DNA of 64,000 nucleotides from Escherichia phage P479: sequence record MW269952.1; one strand, 5' to 3'. Shown piece by piece: positions 53,829 to 61,343 of this stretch (position 1 is its first letter; each line of letters starts with the position of its first letter). The notes under the pieces were generated by a model. It saw only the letters and a program-made list of their open reading frames with translations, ran no database searches and was not told where the DNA came from. The position numbers and the translations under genes were made by a program.

Positions 53829-54383
53829 ATGAAACTGTTAAAATATTTGAGTTGGATTCTGTTAGTTCCGCTGGATTTTATCTCCATGATTCTGGCCGTT
53901 ATCCTGGCTCCATTTGTAGTTCCGTTCCATAATAAAAAGACTGGTAAACTTCCGTTCGGGTTTGATTGGATGATGACTTATGATAATCCGATTGATGGTG
54001 ACCGGGGTCATGTCAAACGTTGGTCAAAAATCCGAAAATGGCCATTAGGTGTTTACTTCCAACGAGTAGCCTGGCTCTGGCGAAACAAAGCATACAATTT
54101 TGCTTACCACAAGCTCGGTCGTGATTGCAATTCAGAATTCCATTATAAAGGTAATCCTGATGTCGAATCTGGTTCCCCGGATAAAGCTCATCACGGATGG
54201 CTCTGGATGTGGACGGACAATGCCTGGGGTGTTTTTGCTTCTGTTCCTTATCTTAAGGTCGGTGGAATCACCTTTTATCTGCGTGTTTATTGTGGCTGGA
54301 AGCTCAAGAGTCTTCTGTCCCGACCCATCCCTAAGGCTATGCTCGCCTTTCATATAAATCCGTTCCGCTTTTATAAGAACTAA
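53829..54383 (+). CDS. Trp-rich protein with N-terminal transmembrane anchor
   Basis: 184 aa from ATG 53829; hydrophobic segment near the N-terminus; ORF track start 53688 lies in the upstream RNA region. Confidence 0.5.
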   Translation: MKLLKYLSWILLVPLDFISMILAVILAPFVVPFHNKKTGKLPFGFDWMMTYDNPIDGDRGHVKRWSKIRKWPLGVYFQRVAWLWRNKAYNFAYHKLGRDCNSEFHYKGNPDVESGSPDKAHHGWLWMWTDNAWGVFASVPYLKVGGITFYLRVYCGWKLKSLLSRPIPKAMLAFHINPFRFYKN

Positions 54384-54384
54384 C

Positions 54385-54406
54385 AGCCCGCATTGCGGGC
54401 TTTTTT
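54385..54406 (+). terminator. intrinsic terminator (AGCCCGC-ATTG-CGGGCT plus TTTTTT)
   Basis: GC-rich hairpin followed by a T6 run. Confidence 0.6.
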
Positions 54407-54443
54407 ATACCCCGAATAAATTTGAAATTTTCTTCAAAAAGTA

Positions 54444-54493
54444 GTGTACATCCAAATTGTCTGGGTGCATAATGATTCCATACTGAGTTACAC
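54444..54493 (+). promoter_or_regulatory. early promoter element (GTGTAC, spacer, CATAAT) with conserved ATAATGATTCCATACTGAGTTACAC module
   Basis: Module shared with 15620-15642 and 55513-55538. Confidence 0.45.
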
Positions 54494-54523
54494 ACTGAAT
54501 CACAAAAACTTTGGAGAAATAAA

Positions 54524-54949
54524 ATGAACTTTCTGACCCTGACCTCTGCATTTTCTGTTACCCGCATCACTAACAAAATGGTTGCTGACGAAGTATGTGA
54601 AATCTGCATTCGTGAAGATGCACTTATCCATCTGACTTCAACCCAGATTGTTGCCATCGCCAAGTCCCTTAATTCTGAACTGAAGGTAAGCACCAAACAG
54701 TCAAAAGAATCTATCATTGAATTAATCCAAGCTGAAATGATTGAATTCCCAATTGAAGAAGTTAAAGAAGAAAAAATCCAGTCCAAATCTGGTAACGCTC
54801 GTGACATTTGCTTCCAGGCATTTGCAGAAATTGATATGAATGATAATGCTGCTCGCCGCGCCCTGATTGATGTTCTGGTTACCACCCATGATATCAAAAA
54901 GACTGTTGTTCAGTCTTATGCTTCCAACTTCCGCAAAGCTCAAAAATAA
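54524..54949 (+). CDS. hypothetical protein, paralog A of a pair with a conserved C-terminal AARRA..ID....QSYASNFRK domain
   Basis: 141 aa; C-terminal 35 residues alignable with the 55033-55476 protein. Confidence 0.5.
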   Translation: MNFLTLTSAFSVTRITNKMVADEVCEICIREDALIHLTSTQIVAIAKSLNSELKVSTKQSKESIIELIQAEMIEFPIEEVKEEKIQSKSGNARDICFQAFAEIDMNDNAARRALIDVLVTTHDIKKTVVQSYASNFRKAQK

Positions 54950-54960
54950 TTGAGAAAAGT

Positions 54961-55010
54961 GTTTTACTTCCAGGTGGGATAGTGTATAATTATCCCATAC
55001 TGAGTTACCA
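54961..55010 (+). promoter_or_regulatory. early promoter plus stem-loop element (GTTTTAC, 17-nt spacer, TATAAT inside GGGATA/TATCCC inverted repeat)
   Basis: Read directly; related to the 51234 and 51567 copies. Confidence 0.45.
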
Positions 55011-55032
55011 AATAAACAAACGGGATAATAAA

Positions 55033-55476
55033 ATGAAAACTTCAAAACTGGTTAAGTACATTAAACTGGCATTAAACAACTCTTCTGAAGCTGAAGCACA
55101 ATCCGCAGCACGTATGTTCTTTAAACGTCTGACAGCTGAAGGTATTTCATTTAACCCGGCAGTATTTGGTATCACTCGTGGCGAAGCTGCTAAACTGGCA
55201 ACCCTGGCAGGTAAAATTTTTAAAGGTCTGAATGATGGACAGGTTAAACCAGAAGTTAAACCTACTCCTAAAGCTGAACCAAAAGCTGAACGTAAGGCAC
55301 CTAAACGCTCCGGCATGAGCAACAAAGATTTATGCTATGATATGTTCAAAACTGTTAATATGTCTAATGGTGCTGCTCGCAGAGCTGTTATTGATATGAT
55401 TGTGCGTGAGTTTGGATTCAACAAAGCATCAGTTCAGTCTTATGCTTCCAACTTCCGCAAAGAATTTGAAATTTAA
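55033..55476 (+). CDS. hypothetical protein, paralog B (Lys/Pro/Glu-rich linker; same C-terminal domain as paralog A)
   Basis: 147 aa from ATG 55033; C-terminus NGAARRAVIDMIVREFGFNKASVQSYASNFRKEFEI. Confidence 0.5.
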   Translation: MKTSKLVKYIKLALNNSSEAEAQSAARMFFKRLTAEGISFNPAVFGITRGEAAKLATLAGKIFKGLNDGQVKPEVKPTPKAEPKAERKAPKRSGMSNKDLCYDMFKTVNMSNGAARRAVIDMIVREFGFNKASVQSYASNFRKEFEI

Positions 55477-55485
55477 TTAAAAAAG

Positions 55486-55538
55486 GGGGTATACAAGCCC
55501 CCTGCTTTAAGGCATAATGATTCCATACTGAGTTACAC
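55486..55538 (+). promoter_or_regulatory. hairpin (GGGGGT/GCCCCC) plus TGCTTTA box plus conserved ATAATGATTCCATACTGAGTTACAC module
   Basis: Third copy of the module; a MotA-box-like TGCTTTA sits immediately upstream. Confidence 0.4.
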
Positions 55539-55559
55539 AATAAAACACTGGAGAATAAA

Positions 55560-55865
55560 ATGAAATTCATCATCAACCTGGCACTTGTTGACTTTGATAA
55601 AACTGGTAATTTCGCATCTGCTGAAAATATGATTCGTAACACTAAGTTCAAAGTGCAAGTCCAACAGGCGGTAGCAAAAGAGTTCTTTACTGATAAATTA
55701 ACTAACGTTGTTAATCACCTGAATGTGCAAGTTAAATTCACTCGTGAAGCGGAAACTACTGTTGCATTTGATTTTGACTGCCAATACCATGATGAATATG
55801 TTCGCCGCATCCTGGATATTGTGTCTGATGAACTTTATTATGGTGTGCAGGAAAACAAAATTTAA
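55560..55865 (+). CDS. hypothetical protein
   Basis: 101-aa ORF with GGAGAATAAA upstream. Confidence 0.45.
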   Translation: MKFIINLALVDFDKTGNFASAENMIRNTKFKVQVQQAVAKEFFTDKLTNVVNHLNVQVKFTREAETTVAFDFDCQYHDEYVRRILDIVSDELYYGVQENKI

Positions 55866-55898
55866 TGATTGGGGCGAAAGCCCCTTGAGGAAAATATT

Positions 55899-56297
55899 AT
55901 GAATATTGAAGATAAAGAAATGCAAGAGTTGTATAATTCATTAACACCTGAACAACAAAAATATGCAAAAGACCTGGGAGCTGCGTTAACTCGTGAGATT
56001 GAACAAATAGACCCTGAAACACACTGGAAGGCGGAAGCAGCAACATTGGAAGAAGCAATTAAGCGAAATGAATGGATTGTCGAAACCAAGATTGGCGCTG
56101 ATGGTTGCTCTGTTGAGGTGTCAGCTGTAGTTAAAGGTACTCATGGTGAAAAATCACGGGGCTGGCATAATGAGGCAAACAAATATATTGTTCTCTCAAC
56201 GTCAAAAACTTATGGTCAAAAGGTTCCTGTATCCAAAGCTATTATTAAGCAAGCTCAATGGGAAGCCAATGAAATCTGCCTCGCAAAAATGAAATAA
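55899..56297 (+). CDS. hypothetical protein
   Basis: 132 aa from ATG 55899 preceded by the conserved TGAGGAAAATATTATG initiation region. Confidence 0.45.
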   Translation: MNIEDKEMQELYNSLTPEQQKYAKDLGAALTREIEQIDPETHWKAEAATLEEAIKRNEWIVETKIGADGCSVEVSAVVKGTHGEKSRGWHNEANKYIVLSTSKTYGQKVPVSKAIIKQAQWEANEICLAKMK

Positions 56298-56300
56298 AAT

Positions 56301-56345
56301 GTTTACATACCTCTGGGAACATGATAGTATGTTCCCTGGATAATA
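56301..56345 (+). promoter_or_regulatory. early promoter plus stem-loop element (GTTTAC, 17-nt spacer, ATAGTAT inside GGGAACAT/ATGTTCCC inverted repeat)
   Basis: Read directly. Confidence 0.45.
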
Positions 56346-56372
56346 AAACATTAACCAACTGAAGGAAATACC

Positions 56373-56966
56373 ATGAATACTTTAAAGAAACTTGTTGAAT
56401 TCATCCGCTCCAAACTGGGTACTGCAATGACAAAAAACCTGTCTATTGAAGACCAATATACTCAAGCGGCTTCTACCCTGATTGACAAGATTACTGAGCT
56501 CCAGACTGCCCACGTTAAGTCTGTTAATGAAGAAAAACGCATCCGCGAGTTAGCGAATGAAAAAGACCAACTCGCCGCTTCAAAAGAGCGTGAAATCCGC
56601 AAACTGATTGCTGATGGTGCAGATGTCCAGGTCCATGCTAAACTGGGTCTCCTGTATCGTCGCACTGCTAAACAACTTCGTAAGAAGGCAGATGATTATG
56701 TTGAAATGCGTAATGAAATTAAATTGAAAGTTAAAGAGCTAGATGACTCTCGTCAGGAACTAGCTGTTAAACTGGAATACATCCGAGAAACCCGTAAAGT
56801 ATCTGCTCTGGGTATTGCGACCGCAGATGATGTTGTTGAAATCGCTGCATTGACTAAGATTGATATTGAAGACACTCTGATGCGTGTTGAAACCTTCAAA
56901 GGCCCACAGGTTGGTGTGGATACCACGTCCGCTGACATTGAAGAATACATCAATTCACTTAAGTAA
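56373..56966 (+). CDS. predicted coiled-coil protein
   Basis: 197 aa, charged heptad-like sequence throughout; no confident family assignment. Confidence 0.45.
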   Translation: MNTLKKLVEFIRSKLGTAMTKNLSIEDQYTQAASTLIDKITELQTAHVKSVNEEKRIRELANEKDQLAASKEREIRKLIADGADVQVHAKLGLLYRRTAKQLRKKADDYVEMRNEIKLKVKELDDSRQELAVKLEYIRETRKVSALGIATADDVVEIAALTKIDIEDTLMRVETFKGPQVGVDTTSADIEEYINSLK

Positions 56967-57008
56967 GATAAAGGGGGCTTTGCCCCCTAATTGGGAGAGG
57001 AGAAAATT

Positions 57009-57563
57009 ATGAGCTTATATACTGACCTTATATCAAATGTAGACTGGTTTGGCGGTAGTGGCCTTGCTACCGAAACTAATACAGTTCTTTATAGAATCCG
57101 TGGTGACTTGGGTTATTCCAATGATTTCTTAAGAAGAACAACAAGTCGCGGCGATACTACTAAATTGCCTTTTATTTTTGCTTTAGCTGAAGACCTTTCT
57201 TTCGCAGATGCCTTGGAAATTATTGACGTAAATCTGGGTATCCAACAAGCAGAATTCGCTGGACTACGTTATTCAGTGTATGCTTTAAACGAGAGCAATG
57301 ATTGCGTACTTCTTAATGCGGCAGATGATGATTACCATTTAGTATGTTATGTGACGCTAGAGAATGGTGATGTATTTGGAATGGTTGACCGCCGCCCAGC
57401 TTATACTGATATTAAAAATTATGATAAAGCTGAGCTTCTTGATTTGACGGCTGAGTACACATTAGAGAGTCGTAAACGGAAACGTAAGCTTAATCGTTTT
57501 ATTGCTGAATGTCGTGAATATGCTAAAGGGGTTCAAAATGCGAACGTTATATCTGCCAAGTAA
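57009..57563 (+). CDS. hypothetical protein with C-terminal FIAECRE junction motif
   Basis: 184 aa from ATG 57009 (GAGAGGAG upstream). Confidence 0.45.
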   Translation: MSLYTDLISNVDWFGGSGLATETNTVLYRIRGDLGYSNDFLRRTTSRGDTTKLPFIFALAEDLSFADALEIIDVNLGIQQAEFAGLRYSVYALNESNDCVLLNAADDDYHLVCYVTLENGDVFGMVDRRPAYTDIKNYDKAELLDLTAEYTLESRKRKRKLNRFIAECREYAKGVQNANVISAK

Positions 57564-57897
57564 ACCAGAAAAATTTGTATACGCAGACAAGATTGATAAA
57601 GACTTGATGCCTCCATTTGGAGCTTTGTCCATGTGCATCGTTGGGGTTATAATGATGGTGATTTGTGGAGATATGGATATCATCAGTGTTGGAGTCGCCT
57701 GGTCACTAATAATTGCAGCACCTTTTATTACAGTCCTGGGTATGATATTGATAAACGTGTGGCATCAAAATCATATGAATAAAGGATATCGTGGGCGAGT
57801 TAAAGAGTGGGAACAAAAATGTGTTTCCCTACAAGAAGAGCACAAAATTAAATGTGCCGAAGAATTTATTAAGGAGGTTCGTAATGGAACGGCCTAG
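57538..57897 (+). CDS. small membrane protein (two predicted TM helices) with C-terminal FIKEV junction motif
   Basis: 119 aa from ATG 57538; hydrophobic segments. Confidence 0.45.
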   Translation: MRTLYLPSKPEKFVYADKIDKDLMPPFGALSMCIVGVIMMVICGDMDIISVGVAWSLIIAAPFITVLGMILINVWHQNHMNKGYRGRVKEWEQKCVSLQEEHKIKCAEEFIKEVRNGTA

Positions 57898-58237
57898 TCT
57901 TGCATCACATGTTTATCAATTGGCTGAATATGATATTGGTGCCAATTTATTATTAGGGATTGTCACCGCCATGCTTGGCGGTTTGGTTGGTCTGGTAATG
58001 ACCACGGTTATGGCTGCAATCGAGGGAGTGATGCCCATTGAGATGGGTTTCTTTATGATAATCGCTCCGGCTGTTGTGTCTTATTTTATCCCTGTTGTGT
58101 ATGATATCTGTCACACAAACGCCGTGAATGCTCCTAGTCGGAAGAGATATGCTTCAGCAATGGCTGAGTATAATAAGTTCCTGAACAAAACAAAACGTAA
58201 TGACCTTGAAACCTTTATTAAGGAATGTAAATCATGA
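57884..58237 (+). CDS. small membrane protein (two to three predicted TM helices) with C-terminal FIKECKS junction motif
   Basis: 117 aa from ATG 57884 with AAGGAGG upstream. Confidence 0.45.
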   Translation: MERPSLASHVYQLAEYDIGANLLLGIVTAMLGGLVGLVMTTVMAAIEGVMPIEMGFFMIIAPAVVSYFIPVVYDICHTNAVNAPSRKRYASAMAEYNKFLNKTKRNDLETFIKECKS

Positions 58238-58524
58238 ATAAAATTGAAATTGCTATCCCCAAGTATTATGATGAGAAATCTGCAGAAAAAGCTATCTATT
58301 CTCTTCTAAATAAGACCTCTGAAATTGAAAAACACTGTGAAGAAATCGCAGATGAATATGGTATCCAATTTGGTACCGGTGATTATGGTTCAGGCCGTAC
58401 ATATTATCCTGTCGGTTATGAATGCTCCCAGTGGTTTAAAGATGAAATTGAAAACAACGGCGGTGAAGTTGAAAACGGTGTCGTTACAGTTGGTGCTTGG
58501 GTCTCCTCTTCGGCAATGTGCTAA
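58234..58524 (+). CDS. acidic small protein, member 1 of a C-terminal W-x-SS-x-x-C family
   Basis: 96 aa, ends GAWVSSSAMC; ATGA overlap with upstream gene. Confidence 0.5.
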   Translation: MNKIEIAIPKYYDEKSAEKAIYSLLNKTSEIEKHCEEIADEYGIQFGTGDYGSGRTYYPVGYECSQWFKDEIENNGGEVENGVVTVGAWVSSSAMC

Positions 58525-58533
58525 GGAAATGCT

Positions 58534-58815
58534 ATGATGAATGATTACAGTAAAAATAAAGAACTGGCTAACGCAGTAAATGACATCCATAAAGCTATTC
58601 GTCGTGCCGAGGAAATTGCAAACAAATATGAGACTCATTTTAATATATACCCTGCTCGCGGTATGGGCGGTGACTATTATTCTCCTGGCGCCTTGAAAGC
58701 CGACCTTGCTCGTTGGGAAGAACACGGCCATCCTGAATGGGCTATTGTTAATACCCATGACTACACAACTGACCTGGAAAAAGGCGGTTGGGTGTCCTCT
58801 TCTTCTGAATGCTAA
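58534..58815 (+). CDS. acidic small protein, member 2 of the C-terminal W-x-SS-x-x-C family
   Basis: 93 aa, ends GGWVSSSSEC. Confidence 0.5.
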   Translation: MMNDYSKNKELANAVNDIHKAIRRAEEIANKYETHFNIYPARGMGGDYYSPGALKADLARWEEHGHPEWAIVNTHDYTTDLEKGGWVSSSSEC

Positions 58816-58824
58816 GGAAATAAA

Positions 58825-59043
58825 ATGACTGCTAAAACTGTTAAAGAAATTGAAAAACAAATCCGTGCACTAATCTGTGAAGGTCTGACTGCGGCGGATG
58901 AAACCGGCGAACACTTTCACGCCGGGGGTGAAGAATATATTCCAGCTTCCAGTCCGGAATATGACGATTATGAATGGGTTCGTGATGAATATTGTATTCC
59001 AGAAGGTGAAGGTTTCTGGTTTAACTCCTCTATGTCTTGCTAA
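58825..59043 (+). CDS. acidic small protein, member 3 of the C-terminal W-x-SS-x-x-C family
   Basis: 72 aa, ends FWFNSSMSC. Confidence 0.5.
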   Translation: MTAKTVKEIEKQIRALICEGLTAADETGEHFHAGGEEYIPASSPEYDDYEWVRDEYCIPEGEGFWFNSSMSC

Positions 59044-59052
59044 GGTGTTAAA

Positions 59053-59286
59053 ATGACTACTGCTGTTGAACATGCTGAATTAGAAAAAGCCGCCCTTGAA
59101 CTGGCTGCGCTGTATAAGAAAGTAAAAGATATGGCTTCTGCTCAAGATTTCGGTGTCGAGCTTGATGATTATGACGGCGAAGTCCGTCTTGAAGACTGGC
59201 TGAACAGCTCTTGTTATGGTGAAGAAGCTGGTCGTACCTTCGTTGCTCGTGCCGATGGTAAAATCTGGTACCCAAGCTCATGTTAA
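59053..59286 (+). CDS. acidic small protein, member 4 of the C-terminal W-x-SS-x-x-C family
   Basis: 77 aa, ends KIWYPSSC, with an additional internal WLNSSC. Confidence 0.5.
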   Translation: MTTAVEHAELEKAALELAALYKKVKDMASAQDFGVELDDYDGEVRLEDWLNSSCYGEEAGRTFVARADGKIWYPSSC

Positions 59287-59507
59287 AATTAAAGAAACGA
59301 TATATTCGTAAAATAAATGGTCTTCGCGATTACGCCAAAGGTTGGCCGTTAAGTATTATTATGGCTGATAGACATCCACGTTACAATACCGAGTTGACTT
59401 ATTACAAAAAGTATGATTCATACTGTCGGTCTAAAGCGGGTCGTTTAGATGGTTCCTATGAAGAATATTTCGGTAAAAAACCTACTCGTATTTCGTTAGG
59501 AAAATAA
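59280..59507 (+). CDS. hypothetical basic protein
   Basis: 75-aa ORF overlapping the previous stop. Confidence 0.4.
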   Translation: MLKLKKRYIRKINGLRDYAKGWPLSIIMADRHPRYNTELTYYKKYDSYCRSKAGRLDGSYEEYFGKKPTRISLGK

Positions 59508-59538
59508 TTTAATCACAAGGATGTGATAGGAGGACTTT

Positions 59539-59868
59539 GTGCATAAAGATTCAGTATTCAAATATCTTTTGAAAACAGATAAAGAATTCTATATGAATGG
59601 GCAAGCTTTCTTGTTCGTTCGCGGTAAACGTGAGATGTTTTACAAATGCGACCTCTCAATGCATCATCATATGTATCATACCCACGGTGAGTTTATACTG
59701 GGGTTCTCTGGTGACGAAACCAGACATATAGCTATGTACTACGACCATTTTAAGCTCAATGATTGCGGTGACAACGCTCTGGTCTGGAATCCATCTTGGC
59801 GTCGTTGGGATAAGGTAGACAACGATAAATTATTTTTAGAATATTGTAGAAGCAGTATACAAGTCTAA
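59539..59868 (+). CDS. hypothetical His/Cys-rich protein (probable GTG start)
   Basis: 109-aa ORF beginning at GTG 59539 with TAGGAGGA upstream; motifs CDLSMHHHMYHTHGE and C..C. Confidence 0.4.
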   Translation: MHKDSVFKYLLKTDKEFYMNGQAFLFVRGKREMFYKCDLSMHHHMYHTHGEFILGFSGDETRHIAMYYDHFKLNDCGDNALVWNPSWRRWDKVDNDKLFLEYCRSSIQV

Positions 59869-59932
59869 AAAACTGTGTTACTATACTCCTATCAACTGAT
59901 GACAATCACGTTATCAGAACAGGAGAATAAAA

Positions 59933-60133
59933 ATGTCTATCGCAAACGAATTAATCAAAGTTCTGAACGAAGCCAAAGTCAACCAACTGGAGGTTAATCT
60001 CCAGGAAGTTTCTGATGGCATTAAAGTAACCATCAGTGGTGATTACGCAGGCGCCACAGAACGTGTTTGTGATTCTCTGGAAGAAGTAGTTTCCTGCATT
60101 AAAAGAGATATTTACGCATACGGTATTATTTGA
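59933..60133 (+). CDS. hypothetical small protein
   Basis: 66-aa ORF with AGGAGAATAAAA upstream. Confidence 0.4.
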   Translation: MSIANELIKVLNEAKVNQLEVNLQEVSDGIKVTISGDYAGATERVCDSLEEVVSCIKRDIYAYGII

Positions 60134-60143
60134 GGAAAATATT

Positions 60144-60311
60144 ATGTATAATGTTCTTATTGTTTTTGTCACTCACCCGCAAGGTGGAGTAAGACAGAAT
60201 ACTTCTCAAGTGGTTCAATTTTCTTCACTAGAGGCCGCCAATCTTGCTGCCTCACGAATTGAAGCGAAAAAATCGGCACTTGGAAAATATGAAGTAACTC
60301 GTCTTTACTAA
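60144..60311 (+). CDS. hypothetical small protein (55 aa)
   Basis: Short ORF preceded by TGAGGAAAATATTATG; below the ORF track cutoff. Confidence 0.3.
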   Translation: MYNVLIVFVTHPQGGVRQNTSQVVQFSSLEAANLAASRIEAKKSALGKYEVTRLY

Positions 60312-60324
60312 TGAGGAAAATATT

Positions 60325-61284
60325 ATGATGTTAGTTATTGGTTCTCGTGCATTACATAACGCTGGTCTGATTGAAAGTCAGAAAATTGAAAACTCTGATT
60401 GGGACTTTATCGCTGACCAGGGTTCCTGGAACAGCTTTAAAACCCAGATGATGGGGCAGCATGTGCATGTGGATAACCCAGATGTTCAAGCTTTTAAATG
60501 TATGCACAATGGTAAAGAAACCTATTTTGAAGCGTACATCGTCCGCGCACTGACAAGTGTTCGTGAGTTGACTGATGAGCTACAAGAGGAAGATTTTACA
60601 TCCAGTTATCGTCTGCTCAAATATGCGAAGGCAAATATTCAGAAAGACCGTCTATCTGGTTTTTACTGGGCGACTCCTGATATTTGTCTGGCAATTAAAT
60701 TGTCTCATCGTTACCTGAAGAACAATCCATTCTTCCTGAAGACCATGAGTCATATTAATTACCTTCGCAATAAGGGTGTTGTTCTTAATGATGAACTGCA
60801 GAAAATCATGCTGCAGCGCCAGGCAGAAACACTGTCATATAGTCACCCTAAACTAGACGTGGGTAAGAAAACTTTCTTTAATGATACAATCTATACCCTT
60901 GACCATGACTCCATCCACGAGGCTGTGGCGCTTGCTGATAAGCCTGCATATAAGTTCTATATGAAGGATGATTCAGAAGTCATGACCTCACGTGAAAAAT
61001 TTGAAGCACTCCCTGATGTTATTAAACTGGCAGGGGTTTATGAAGAAGCATGTGTGCTCGCTCTGGAGCGTTCGCAGGTTCCTAATGAGTTCAATATCTC
61101 TCCATCCGTGAGCTTCCATATTGCGCTGGAAAAAGTCTGCACCTCCATTACTTCTGGATGGTTCCGTGAGTATGCATGGGAACATTATCAGGACGTGGTT
61201 AATATGTATAACACACTGGGTCATGAAGACTATGTTAAACGTTTTAAGGCTAACCAACATTTAATTCGTCCTTTCGAAAAATAA
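60325..61284 (+). CDS. hypothetical 319-aa protein (N-terminal GS...D.D pattern weakly reminiscent of a nucleotidyltransferase fold)
   Basis: Largest ORF in the hyperplastic region; preceded by the conserved initiation region; family not recognised. Confidence 0.45.
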   Translation: MMLVIGSRALHNAGLIESQKIENSDWDFIADQGSWNSFKTQMMGQHVHVDNPDVQAFKCMHNGKETYFEAYIVRALTSVRELTDELQEEDFTSSYRLLKYAKANIQKDRLSGFYWATPDICLAIKLSHRYLKNNPFFLKTMSHINYLRNKGVVLNDELQKIMLQRQAETLSYSHPKLDVGKKTFFNDTIYTLDHDSIHEAVALADKPAYKFYMKDDSEVMTSREKFEALPDVIKLAGVYEEACVLALERSQVPNEFNISPSVSFHIALEKVCTSITSGWFREYAWEHYQDVVNMYNTLGHEDYVKRFKANQHLIRPFEK

Positions 61285-61286
61285 TT

Positions 61287-61330
61287 GTGTACATCCAAGT
61301 GGGACTATGACACAATGGTCCCACAATCAA
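61287..61330 (+). promoter_or_regulatory. early promoter plus stem-loop element (GTGTACATCCAA...; inverted repeat GTGGGAC/GTCCCAC)
   Basis: Shares GTGTACATCCAA with the 54444 element. Confidence 0.4.
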
Positions 61331-61343
61331 TGAGGAAAATATT

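Noticed and set aside
55486-55510. Hairpin GGGGGT...GCCCCC after the 55033-55476 gene as a standalone terminator
   Set aside because: No downstream U-run on the plus strand; it is merged into the adjacent promoter cassette instead of being called as a separate terminator.
56373-56966. Assigning the coiled-coil protein as a PspA/IM30 homologue
   Set aside because: The resemblance is only compositional (charged heptads); without a profile search this is not supportable, so it is reported as an unassigned coiled-coil protein.
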